The notes under the pieces were generated by a model. The model searched no databases. It was not told where the DNA came from and saw only the letters and a program-made list of their open reading frames with translations. Positions 20,031 through 29,561 of a stretch of 64,000 bases of DNA are shown here, piece after piece. Numbering within the stretch: position 1 is the stretch's first letter; the number at the start of each line of letters is the position of its first letter. The DNA is from an uncultured delta proteobacterium. GTDB taxonomy: Bacteria; Desulfobacterota; Desulfobacteria; Desulfobacterales; JAFDCJ01. The position numbers and the translations under genes are program-made. The DNA lies in contig CAVYNY010000001.1 of assembly GCA_963769935.1 (NCBI GenBank), forward strand, positions 64,001 to 128,000. Reading direction: 5' to 3'.

Positions 20031-21215
20031 TTACTTCGACCCCGCCCCACTCGATTTCTTATATAAGGGCGAGATTTCGCGCAAGGTGGCAACCACCTTC
20101 TTTAACGATTCCAACAGTAAATCTACCTCGTCTTCCGTGTTGTCCACCCCAAATGAAATCACAAGTGTTCCCTGGGCATCAGCATGACTAAGGCCCAATG
20201 ACAGCAGCACGTGCGATGCTCTCAGAGAACCGGTGGCGCAAGCCGACCGGGTCGATACCGCAATACCGTCATCATCCAGCATCAGCACCACGCTTTCCCC
20301 TTCTATATACTTGATGGAAACTGAAACCAGGTTCGGCAAACTGAATTGATCGTGGGAGTTTATGATGTATTCATCGACATAACCGGGCAATTCAGCAATG
20401 AACTTATCTTTGAGCCTCCTTAAATGCGCCAGACGTGCGTTGAGATCTCGTTCGGCAATCTCAGCGGCTTTTCCCATGGCAATGATCCCGATCAAATTTT
20501 CAGTTCCGGCCCGCTTGTTGTTTTCCTGGACGCCGCCGTCCAGCAGCGGAAATACCCGGGTTCCACGGCGAATATACAGTCCCCCGACCCCGCCGGGCCC
20601 ATAAAAGGTATTGGCGGCCAGGCTCAGCAGATCAACGCCGAGCGCCTGAACATCGATGGGCACAACTCCGACTGAATCGACGGCATCCGTATGAAATATC
20701 ACTTTTTTTCGGCGGGTAATGCGTGCAATCTCCTCAATCGGCTGCATGGTACCGGTTTCGTTATTGCTGTGCATGATGGAAACCAGAATGGTCTCATCCG
20801 TAATGGCCTCGGATACGTCCTGCGGGTTTACCCGTCCGGCTGTATCCACCGGCAATGAGGTTACCCGGAAGCCCGCCGAATTTAAACGGCGCAGGCTTCG
20901 GATGACCGCATTGTGTTCAATGTTGGAGGTGATGATGTGTTTGCCTTTTTCGGAATTGGCCAGCGCTGCGCCTTTTATGGCATGATTTATAGATTCGGTG
21001 CCGCCGGATGTGAACACAATTTCCTTGGGTGCATCCGCGTTGATCAGCTTTGCCACCGACCGGCGCGCCTGTTCGATGGCTTCGGCGGCCTGCTCACCGG
21101 CCCGATGCTGGCTGGAAGGATTGTGATAATCCCTTTTTATGGCTTCAATCATCGTTTCCTTGACTTCCGGCAGAAGGGGGTTTGCTGAGATATGATCGAA
21201 ATTAATAAATTTCAT
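20031..21215 (-). CDS. iscS: IscS/NifS-family cysteine desulfurase homolog lacking the PLP-binding Lys
   Basis: NPSSQH, FTSGGTESIN, EHNAV, NNETGT, RAGTEN, SACATGS. SLAANTFYGP replaces the usual S-x-HK-xYGP. Start overlaps the iscU stop. Confidence 0.88.
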   Translation of the reverse strand: MKFINFDHISANPLLPEVKETMIEAIKRDYHNPSSQHRAGEQAAEAIEQARRSVAKLINADAPKEIVFTSGGTESINHAIKGAALANSEKGKHIITSNIEHNAVIRSLRRLNSAGFRVTSLPVDTAGRVNPQDVSEAITDETILVSIMHSNNETGTMQPIEEIARITRRKKVIFHTDAVDSVGVVPIDVQALGVDLLSLAANTFYGPGGVGGLYIRRGTRVFPLLDGGVQENNKRAGTENLIGIIAMGKAAEIAERDLNARLAHLRRLKDKFIAELPGYVDEYIINSHDQFSLPNLVSVSIKYIEGESVVLMLDDDGIAVSTRSACATGSLRASHVLLSLGLSHADAQGTLVISFGVDNTEDEVDLLLESLKKVVATLREISPLYKKSSGAGSK

Positions 21216-21727
21216 TAGTGATCCTCTTCCAGACTCGACTGGCACGCATCGCAAAATGTCGCATTTTCGGCCAGCTCGACATCGCAGTACGGGCAGTAGC
21301 ATTTATCCCCGTGGGTGTGCTCGTGTTCATCCTTGCGCCTGGGTTCGGCCCGAATAATACCGGCTTGGCGGTCCTCATAATTTTTGATCGCCATGTGCAG
21401 CGCATCGGCCCCTAGGTTGGAGCAGTGCAGCTTGTTTTTGGGCAACCCCTCCAGTGCGGCAGCCACGTCTTTGTTGGTAATTTTTTTGGCTTCTTCAATA
21501 GTTTTGCCGGCGGCAATTTCAGTCAGCATACTTGACACGGCAATCGCAGACCCGCAGCCAAAGGTCTGAAACTTGATATCTGCTATGCGCTCGTCCGCCA
21601 CTTTCAGATAAATCGTCATCATGTCGCCGCACAGGGGATTGCCGACCTCTCCGATCCCGTCGGCATTTTCGATCACTCCCACGTTTCTGGGATTACGGAA
21701 ATGATCCATAACCGTTTCGTTGTACAT
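21215..21727 (-). CDS. iscU: IscU/NifU-N Fe-S scaffold with a C-terminal His-rich linker and zinc ribbon
   Basis: DHFRNPRNVG, GNPLCGD, FQTFGCGSAIA, KLHCSNL; tail HEHTHGDKCYCPYC...FCDAC. Confidence 0.9.
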   Translation of the reverse strand: MYNETVMDHFRNPRNVGVIENADGIGEVGNPLCGDMMTIYLKVADERIADIKFQTFGCGSAIAVSSMLTEIAAGKTIEEAKKITNKDVAAALEGLPKNKLHCSNLGADALHMAIKNYEDRQAGIIRAEPRRKDEHEHTHGDKCYCPYCDVELAENATFCDACQSSLEEDH

Positions 21728-21770
21728 GCAGGCTCCTCCTCCATTGTTGGTTGATTGCTGCTGTCAATAT

Positions 21771-22802
21771 TCAATCTGCAATCTTCAATACTTTGGCGCC
21801 TCTGATTTTCCCCTCTTTCAGCTCTACCAGCGCCTGGTTTGCATCTTGCAGAGCGAATTCCTGGACCTCCGGTTTGATGGGAATCCGCGCGGCCAGCTCT
21901 AGAAATTCAGCGACATCACGCCGGGTCACGTTGGCCACACTTTTAATTTCCTTTTCCATCCATAGATGTCCCGGATAATCGATATCCAAGAGCGACTTCT
22001 TGTCGGATTCTTCTTTGCGAATCGCATTTATAACCAATCTGCCGCCACTTTTCAAGTTATTCAAAGCTTCAACCACCGGTTGCCAAGCCGGGGTGGTATC
22101 AATGATGCAATCCAGTTTTTCCGGTGCCGGCGTCTGCGTGGCCCCGGCCCAGCAAGCGCCGAGTTGCCGGGCAAAATCTCTTTCGGTTTTGCTCCTGGCA
22201 AAAACGAAGACCCTGGTGTTGGGAAATTTATGCCTGGCCATTTTCAAAACCAGATGGGCTGACGCACCAAAGCCGGTCAATCCCAAACTCAAGCCATCCT
22301 GAATCCCGGTCAGGTGCAGGGACCGATATCCGATGGCGCCGGCACACAGCAGCGGGGCCGCCTGGGAATTCGTGAAGGTCTCTGGAATCTGATGGGCAAA
22401 GTCTTCCGATACCGCGGCAAATTCGGCATACCCGCCCTGGGCGTCCCGACCGGTGGCCCTGAACTCATCACATAGATTTTCAGAACCATTTTTGCAGCTG
22501 GCGCAGTGACCGCAGGCCGAATAAATCCAGGCCATTCCGACGCGGTCGCCTATTTTGAGGCGATGGGCCTCGCTGCCCTTTTGTATTACCCGACCGACGA
22601 CCTGATGACCTAAAATAATCGGCAAATGCGGCGGCGGCGTGCGGCCCTCGATTTCATCGAGTTCGGTGTGGCAAACACCACAGGTAGATACTCTTATCAG
22701 AATCTCGTTGGCGCCCGGGACCGGCTCCCGAAGATTCACAAGCTCCAGCGGGTTTTTATTTGAGTCCATGCTGCTGATTCGATTCAATACCATGGCTTTC
22801 AT
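21771..22802 (-). CDS. Zinc-dependent alcohol dehydrogenase family protein
   Basis: CGVCHTEL, GHQVVG, CGHCASC..ENLC, GGYAEF, APLLCAGAIGYR, GFGASAH. Confidence 0.9.
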   Translation of the reverse strand: MKAMVLNRISSMDSNKNPLELVNLREPVPGANEILIRVSTCGVCHTELDEIEGRTPPPHLPIILGHQVVGRVIQKGSEAHRLKIGDRVGMAWIYSACGHCASCKNGSENLCDEFRATGRDAQGGYAEFAAVSEDFAHQIPETFTNSQAAPLLCAGAIGYRSLHLTGIQDGLSLGLTGFGASAHLVLKMARHKFPNTRVFVFARSKTERDFARQLGACWAGATQTPAPEKLDCIIDTTPAWQPVVEALNNLKSGGRLVINAIRKEESDKKSLLDIDYPGHLWMEKEIKSVANVTRRDVAEFLELAARIPIKPEVQEFALQDANQALVELKEGKIRGAKVLKIAD

Positions 22803-22839
22803 AAAAGCCGGCCCTCCCGTTTAATTTTATTTTCAGCTT

Positions 22840-23358
22840 TTATCTTTCCATGGCAAGATCACCATTGTAGAAAGATTCAAGCCGCAGCTGCTGTGAACGC
22901 CAGGAATTGTTATCGTTGGCAAAGGTTTCGATGTTGACCTCCGTCAGATGGGTTACCATCCGGATGTCTTCCGTGGCTTGCTCTGAATTTCCCAGCTTGT
23001 TGTAAAGATTGGCACGGCTGAAATACGCAGCCCCATAGTTGGGGGCCAATTCTAGCGTTCGGTTAAAGTCCTGAAGCGCTTTATCGTTATCCCCGGATTT
23101 CTCATAGGCCAGGCCCCGCAAGTGATAAGCTCTGGCATTGCCGGGCTTCAACTCAACGACCGCGCTAAAGTCGGCAATAGCTTCGCCGGCCTTATCCAGT
23201 CTCAGATAGGCGGCACCCCGGCTTTTAAATGCCAGCGTAAATTCAGGGTCGAGCGCAATGGCCTGGGATAAACGTTCAATGCTCTGGCCATAGTTATGAT
23301 TGACAAACTCCACCATTCCCTCTTCAAACATTATTTGCGCGGTATGGTTAGCGGACAT
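22840..23358 (-). CDS. TPR-repeat protein
   Basis: Repeated A...RG.AY...G....A..DF units; GGAGG RBS before ATG at 23358. Confidence 0.85.
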   Translation of the reverse strand: MSANHTAQIMFEEGMVEFVNHNYGQSIERLSQAIALDPEFTLAFKSRGAAYLRLDKAGEAIADFSAVVELKPGNARAYHLRGLAYEKSGDNDKALQDFNRTLELAPNYGAAYFSRANLYNKLGNSEQATEDIRMVTHLTEVNIETFANDNNSWRSQQLRLESFYNGDLAMER

Positions 23359-23740
23359 GGAACTTCCTCCATCAAACACCGATAGTTCAATTTATGAAAA
23401 TTTCCCCCCGGATATTTGCTGCGGTCCAGCGGGAAGGTCAATTCTCAGAGCAACCGCATAGGTTGCATCAAAGAGGCTAACTATCCAATCCGGCGGTGTC
23501 AAGAACTCTTCTGAAATACCATCATTTAAAAAATCAGCTTGACCAAAAATGCACCCTTGATTATGCTGAAAGATTCATTTCGATATTCCCGCCAGGCCCT
23601 GCGTGGATTGATATTGCCGAACGGCATCTGAATCGGCCCAATGGATGCACTCCGGTCGATATATAGGCAAGTTCCGGACGACATCCTTGCCGTACCCGGA
23701 ATTTTCCCCTGGCATCATAACTGCATATAAAATAGCCACA

Positions 23741-26700
23741 ATGCCCAATCGCAAAAATATAATCAGCTTTTTAACCAGGAGCCTGCTGGTTTTCATTTTT
23801 CTGGCCGTCGTCGTGATGGTATTTACGCCTGGTCTGATCAACCTGGAAATGGTGAAAAAGACCATCAAAGAAAATATTTCCAGCAATGTCGGCGGCCGGA
23901 TCACCTACCGGAATTTGAAGCTCTCGTATTTCCCACGTCCCCATGTGGTAATCCGTGAAGCAGAGATATCCCTTCCTGAAAGCTACACGATCAACATCCA
24001 GTGGATGCGGATTTATCCAAAAATATGGCCCTTGTTCAAGGGGCGGCTGCAATTCGATTATATCAAGCTCGATTATGCCGATTACTTTATGAAGCTGCCG
24101 CGTATCCAGGATGCGGCACCCGCACAGCCTGAAAGACGTCGGTCCTGGGACGAAATGGCCAAAGCCTTTACCGAGGCCGTCCGCAATCTTCCAGAATTCA
24201 AGTTGCCGGACCTGGATTTGAGGGTAAATAACGGCAGGGTAAATCTGATCGATCCTTCCGGGCAAAAATTCATGCTCCGTGAACTGCAGGCACGATATGT
24301 ACGCAGTCGGGCCGGGCTTGACTTCTCTCTCCAGTGCAAATCGAATCTCTGGGAACGAATCGATATCAGCGGATTGCTCGACCCGGCCGACTTCAAGGGC
24401 CACGGCCGGGTGCAGCTCTCCGGTTTCCGCCCCCAGACGTTAATTGCCTATCTCTTCCCCGATTCAGCGCTGCGGATGACCGACACCAGGGCCAGCGTGA
24501 ATATTGATTTTCAATCCGACGGTGCCGGAAGCATACAGGCGGATGTCATCGGAACCATGCCCTTGCTTGAATTTAACCGCCGCAGCGCGAAGCTGGTTGT
24601 TAAAGGCGTCCGGTTAAAAGGCGCCGTCCGGGTGGATGGAAATTCGGCCCGGGCCGACCTCACCGAGTTGGGGCTGGAGTATCCCGCCCTGAATACGACC
24701 GGAACGTTTTCCTATGATGAAAATTTACATGATATTCAACTCGCTCTGAACGGCTCCCGCATTGATGCGGATTCGGTGAGACAGGCGGCGCTGGCACTGT
24801 TGGGCGAATCAGAAACGGTGCGGGCTATATTTGAGGTTATCAGAGGCGGCCGGGTTCCCTGGATGACAGTCCGGGTCCGGGGACGGACGATCCGCGATTT
24901 CGGCTTGCTGGACAACATCGTCATTCAGGGAAGGATGACCCGGGGCAGAATTTTTATCCCCGGTGCGAAACTGGATCTGGAAGAAGTTTTTGGGGATGCC
25001 GATATTTCAAACGGCATCCTGAAGGGAGAGAAACTGCAGGCGCGTTTTGGAAAATCTTACGGGCAGGATGGTTCGATGGCCCTGGGTCTGAATCAAAAAC
25101 TGGCGCCCTTTCACCTCGACATCGGTGTCAACGCCGACCTTTCCCAGCTATCGCCGGTTTTAAACCGTATCGTTGCCGACCGGGATTTTTTAAGCGAGCT
25201 GGAACGGATTAAAGACGTTGCGGGCACCGCCCAGGGAAAGTTAACGCTTGGTGATGACCTGGAAAATTTAAGCGCCCGGGTGGAAGTTACCCAGGTTCAA
25301 GCCGACATTCGCTACAACCGCATTCCCTATCCGATTAAAATCAGCGGCGGCCGCTTCTTTTTCGAGGCCAACCGCATTGCAATCCACAATTTTAATGCCG
25401 CAATCGGCAATTCCTCGCTCTCGCAGCTTTCAGCCACCATCGACTGGGCACAAACGCCCACCCTCAAAACCATTTCCAAAACCGCGCACTTCGATCTGGC
25501 TGAACTCCATGCCTGGCTGCTGTCTTTTGAAACCTTTAAAACCAGCCTGGCAGATATTCGTTCGCTCAACGGCATGATCGCGGCTGAAGACCTCAGCATC
25601 AGGGGACCCATGTTCAATCCCCGGAATTGGGACTTTCAAACCCGGGGAGCAATCGGCAAACTGACCTTGACTTCCAGCCGCCTGCCCCAAACACTGCGGA
25701 TTGACCGGGGTAATTTCACCTGCCGGGGCAGGCAACTGGATTTCAGCCAAGTAGATGCATCCCTGGGCAAATCTTCAGTCGCCCGGGTCTTCGGCAATGT
25801 GAATTGGGGGGGGAAAGCCATTGTTTCAGCCACCTCGGGCGCATCGCTATTCAACCTGGAAGATATAAATCCGGTGTTTTTTTCTGATAAAGATCTTGCC
25901 ACCGCCCTCAAAGGGTTTAGACCTTTGACGGGCAAACTGGCTTTTGATCGCCTGACATTCAGCGGTCCTGTTTCCGAACCGACATCCCGGCAAGTCTCAT
26001 TTTCAGCGGATGTCAGGCAACTGACAATTCATTCCCGGCGATTTCCGGGCGCTCTGCGCATTAATCGGGGACAATTTACCTGGCACAACAACCAGCTGGA
26101 TTTAAAAAATATTGAGGCTGCATTCGGAAAATCCACCATTTCACGGCTTTCCGCCAGCTATCATCCGGATCGCAACGCCTGGTTTGAGTTGCATTGCGGT
26201 ATGGCTCAGCTTGCCGCCGGCGAAATCCACCCTTTTCTATCCTCCTTTGGAGAACTTCAACCTGTTGTCCGGGATTTTTCAACATCAGAAGGTATTCTAA
26301 CACTCACCGACTTCGGCCTGAGCGGTCCCTTTCATGAACCGGCCGCATGGCAGTATGATTCAACCGGCAAAATGCAAAATGTCCTGGTTCATTCCGAAGC
26401 GTTGACAGAGCCGGTAACCGTCAACAGCGGCACGTTTAAACTATCCACCGAGACCTCGGCCGGAATTACCCGCCGCAGGATCAGCATAGAAAAAGCGAAG
26501 CTGACATGGAATGATAAACCCCTTACAATTGCGGGCACCCTGAGTTCATCGGCAAGTGAAACCCTGCTGGATATTTCGATTGACGCCGATGGTCCGGAAT
26601 GGAATCAGATCACTAAATTTTTGGATTATGCCGGCCGGCGAAAAACGCTGTCGGACAAAAGCGGCCACCGCCGCAATCTGAGGGGGTCGATCAGGTTTTC

Positions 26701-27553
26701 AGCGCAAAACTTTTATTATGAGACCTTTAATATAAGGCCCCTGCAGGCTGAAATTGCGTTTCAGCAGGATAAAACGGTTATAGCCGTCACCAAAGCAGAT
26801 GTTTGCGGCCTATCATTGCGGGGATTGGTGAATGTAGCGGACAAGGCATTGGATTTGTATTTTGTTCCGACGCCCGTCGATCATAACCTGGATTCCACCC
26901 TTGCCTGTTTGACCGCTAAAAAGAGTCTGGCTACCGGCACGTACAACCTCAGCGGGGAAATCATGGCAAAAACCAAGCCGGAAGCACTTTCACGCTCTCT
27001 CACCGGTAAGCTGGCTTTTTCAGCCGAAAAAGGCCGCATTTACCGATTCGGTTTGCTGGCTAAGCTCCTGGCTATTTTGAACCTCACCGAAATTTACCGC
27101 GGAAATATTCCGGACCTGGCCGGTGAGGGATTTGCCTACCACAGCATGTCGGCCAGTGCCAAGCTGCAGGGGGGTAAAATTACCATGGAAGACTGTACTA
27201 TTGACGGCGCCTCAATGGGGATTGCCTGCAAGGGCGACATTGATCTGGCCCGCAAAGAGATGGATTTGATTATCCTGGTGGCACCGTTTAAAACCGTTGA
27301 TCGCATTGTGGACATCCTGCCTTTGATCGGCCGCGTTTTAGGGGGCAAACTGATCTCCATCCCGTTTCGGGCCAAAGGCGATCTGGATGATCCTGAAGTG
27401 TATCCGCTGCCGCCGACGGCGGTGGGCTCGGGTCTGCTGGGAATACTGGAACGAACATTGAAACTGCCGCTTACCATAATCCAACCGGTGATTTCGGGCC
27501 TAAAAAACGGCAAGCCCCGGCAACCGACCGTCGAGGGTGAATCGCCCTACTAG
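23741..27553 (+). CDS. AsmA-like (YhdP/TamB-type) large envelope protein
   Basis: N-terminal TM anchor, long beta-rich body, AsmA-like C-terminus (GEGFAYHSM...GDIDL...IPFRAKGDLDDPEV). Start inferred. Confidence 0.75.
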   Translation: MPNRKNIISFLTRSLLVFIFLAVVVMVFTPGLINLEMVKKTIKENISSNVGGRITYRNLKLSYFPRPHVVIREAEISLPESYTINIQWMRIYPKIWPLFKGRLQFDYIKLDYADYFMKLPRIQDAAPAQPERRRSWDEMAKAFTEAVRNLPEFKLPDLDLRVNNGRVNLIDPSGQKFMLRELQARYVRSRAGLDFSLQCKSNLWERIDISGLLDPADFKGHGRVQLSGFRPQTLIAYLFPDSALRMTDTRASVNIDFQSDGAGSIQADVIGTMPLLEFNRRSAKLVVKGVRLKGAVRVDGNSARADLTELGLEYPALNTTGTFSYDENLHDIQLALNGSRIDADSVRQAALALLGESETVRAIFEVIRGGRVPWMTVRVRGRTIRDFGLLDNIVIQGRMTRGRIFIPGAKLDLEEVFGDADISNGILKGEKLQARFGKSYGQDGSMALGLNQKLAPFHLDIGVNADLSQLSPVLNRIVADRDFLSELERIKDVAGTAQGKLTLGDDLENLSARVEVTQVQADIRYNRIPYPIKISGGRFFFEANRIAIHNFNAAIGNSSLSQLSATIDWAQTPTLKTISKTAHFDLAELHAWLLSFETFKTSLADIRSLNGMIAAEDLSIRGPMFNPRNWDFQTRGAIGKLTLTSSRLPQTLRIDRGNFTCRGRQLDFSQVDASLGKSSVARVFGNVNWGGKAIVSATSGASLFNLEDINPVFFSDKDLATALKGFRPLTGKLAFDRLTFSGPVSEPTSRQVSFSADVRQLTIHSRRFPGALRINRGQFTWHNNQLDLKNIEAAFGKSTISRLSASYHPDRNAWFELHCGMAQLAAGEIHPFLSSFGELQPVVRDFSTSEGILTLTDFGLSGPFHEPAAWQYDSTGKMQNVLVHSEALTEPVTVNSGTFKLSTETSAGITRRRISIEKAKLTWNDKPLTIAGTLSSSASETLLDISIDADGPEWNQITKFLDYAGRRKTLSDKSGHRRNLRGSIRFSAQNFYYETFNIRPLQAEIAFQQDKTVIAVTKADVCGLSLRGLVNVADKALDLYFVPTPVDHNLDSTLACLTAKKSLATGTYNLSGEIMAKTKPEALSRSLTGKLAFSAEKGRIYRFGLLAKLLAILNLTEIYRGNIPDLAGEGFAYHSMSASAKLQGGKITMEDCTIDGASMGIACKGDIDLARKEMDLIILVAPFKTVDRIVDILPLIGRVLGGKLISIPFRAKGDLDDPEVYPLPPTAVGSGLLGILERTLKLPLTIIQPVISGLKNGKPRQPTVEGESPY

Positions 27554-27804
27554 GGCTGTCTCCTGCACACCGCCGGCCAAAAACGGCGGTCGATTTTTCC
27601 CAACCTTGAAAACCTGGTCCTTGGAGGCCAGGCCGCAGATAATAAGCTTTTCCGTAAATGAATGCCGCGGGGTATTGGCCCGCCCTGGCGCGACGTAATG
27701 AGAATTTACGGCAGATTTGTCCTTTTCAGGAAAAAAAATATCTAAAATTCAATTTAGGTAAAAGGCGGTCTGGGGTGAAGTCAGGATTCAGAATTCGATT
27801 TTCA

Positions 27805-27826
27805 CTGACACCTGAAACCTGAAACC
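27805..27826. repeat. CTGACACCTGAAACCT repeat copy
   Basis: The same 16-mer occurs at 9223-9238 and 50462-50477. Confidence 0.7.
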
Positions 27827-28030
27827 ATGAACAGATTTGGCCTATGGCAAAGCCAATATCCTCTGACCTGGCCCACAGGACCAAGTTTGCAACTTTGGAA
27901 TCAAAGCCCGACCTTCCGGGCGAGGGATGATTTTCCCGGTTGACTTTTGCACGAGAGTACACATATTCACTTAAATGAATTTTAGTGATTTCATTTAGTT
28001 ACAATCCACCAACCAAAAAGGAGAATAGCG

Positions 28031-28252
28031 ATGGCGTACACATGTAAAAATTGCGGTGCCGTGGCCGATGCGCCGGGACATTTGTGCAATCCCTGCGGCG
28101 ACCGGAAAAAATGCAGCTTCTGCGGAGCTCCCAGTGTCGATCATACCCATATATGTAAAGATAAACTGGCAGCAATGAAATATGTCTGCGAAGGCTGCGG
28201 GCGGGTAGCCATGCAGGCGGAACATCTGTGCAAACCGTCAGCCATTGGTTGA
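28031..28252 (+). CDS. Small Cys/His-rich protein (three CxxCG-x6-8-H(L/I)C units), putative metal binder
   Basis: CKNCG...HLC, CSFCG...HIC, CEGCG...HLC; strong AAGGAG RBS. Confidence 0.8.
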   Translation: MAYTCKNCGAVADAPGHLCNPCGDRKKCSFCGAPSVDHTHICKDKLAAMKYVCEGCGRVAMQAEHLCKPSAIG

Positions 28253-28493
28253 CAGAATCGATCCATATAGTATAACTAGCGGCAGATTCCTGCCGCTTTT
28301 TTCTTGGCCAATCGGCTATGGCAGCCAGGCGGCCGGCGGCGGCGTACGGGCAATAGTCGATGCTGTGCCAAGGGCGCCGTTTCTTGCCGGCATCGTCGGC
28401 AGAACGTTTAATCCCTTGCATGATCATGCGCCAAGTTGATATGAAGGGCAGTTGAACCAGGTCATTCAAGACGCTCAGCGGAGATGTCATAGC

Positions 28494-29483
28494 ATGGATT
28501 CAATCAGGATCTTGGGGACAGGCTCATATTTACCGGCCAATGTATTAACCAATTATGATCTTGAAAAAAGTGGATTGGATACCTCCCACGACTGGATTGT
28601 CCAGCGCACGGGAGTGAGTGCAAGACGAATCGCCGATGCCGACGCCACGACTTCCGATCTGGCCTACGAGGCCAGCCTCAAGGCCCTGGAAATGGCCGGC
28701 AAGCGCGTCGCAGACATCGATCTGATTATTGTGGCCACGATCACGCCCGACACGTGCTGCCCTTCGGCCGCCAATTGGCTTCAAGCCAAACTGGATGCCC
28801 CCCAGGCGGTGACGTTTGATGTGACGGCAGCCTGCTCGGGGTTTATTTTCGCTCTGAATGTTGCCGAACAATATCTGAAAAACAAAACCGTGAAACATGT
28901 TCTGGTAGTCGCCGCTGAAGTCATGTCCCGCACCCTTAACTGGAAAGATCGCACCACGTGTATTCTCTGGGGAGACGGCGCCGGCGCGGCGCTTCTGACC
29001 TTGGGGACTGAGGGCCACGAACTGCTCTCAACCCACTTGCATACCGACGGCGCCAAAGGTCAGGATCTTCTGTTGCCCGGCGGCGGGTCCAAAACCACAC
29101 CGATTTCCCACGAAAGTGTAGACAAGGGCCTGCATTACCTGAACATGATCGAGGCCAATCTCAGTTTTCGAGCGGCCGTCAGAGGGTTTATGGACGGCAT
29201 CAAGGAAGCGACCGAATTCAACAACGTGAATATCGCAGATATCGACTGGTTCATCCCGCATCAGGCCAATATCCGCATGTTTCAGCATATCGGCAAGTCC
29301 CTGAACATCCCGTTCGAGAAATTTTATTTGACCCTGCAAAAATACGGCAATATGTCATCGGCCTCCTGCGCCGTTTCGCTGGACGAAGCCGTGCGCGACG
29401 GCAGTATAAAGCCCCGGGATCTGGTCTGTCTGCCGGTCTTCGGCGGTGGTTTGACCTGGGGCAGTGGACTGATTCGGTGGTAA
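28494..29483 (+). CDS. fabH: 3-oxoacyl-ACP synthase III
   Basis: GTGSYLP, WIVQRTG, AACSGF, GDGAGA, PHQAN, GNMSSAS (Cys-His-Asn triad), GGGLTWG. Confidence 0.93.
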   Translation: MDSIRILGTGSYLPANVLTNYDLEKSGLDTSHDWIVQRTGVSARRIADADATTSDLAYEASLKALEMAGKRVADIDLIIVATITPDTCCPSAANWLQAKLDAPQAVTFDVTAACSGFIFALNVAEQYLKNKTVKHVLVVAAEVMSRTLNWKDRTTCILWGDGAGAALLTLGTEGHELLSTHLHTDGAKGQDLLLPGGGSKTTPISHESVDKGLHYLNMIEANLSFRAAVRGFMDGIKEATEFNNVNIADIDWFIPHQANIRMFQHIGKSLNIPFEKFYLTLQKYGNMSSASCAVSLDEAVRDGSIKPRDLVCLPVFGGGLTWGSGLIRW

Positions 29484-29561
29484 CCTTACCTATCTTTAAC
29501 CAAAGTCATGGAATGTATTCAATTTTTGCCGCACTGAATCCTTGGCAAAAATGGAGGAAAA

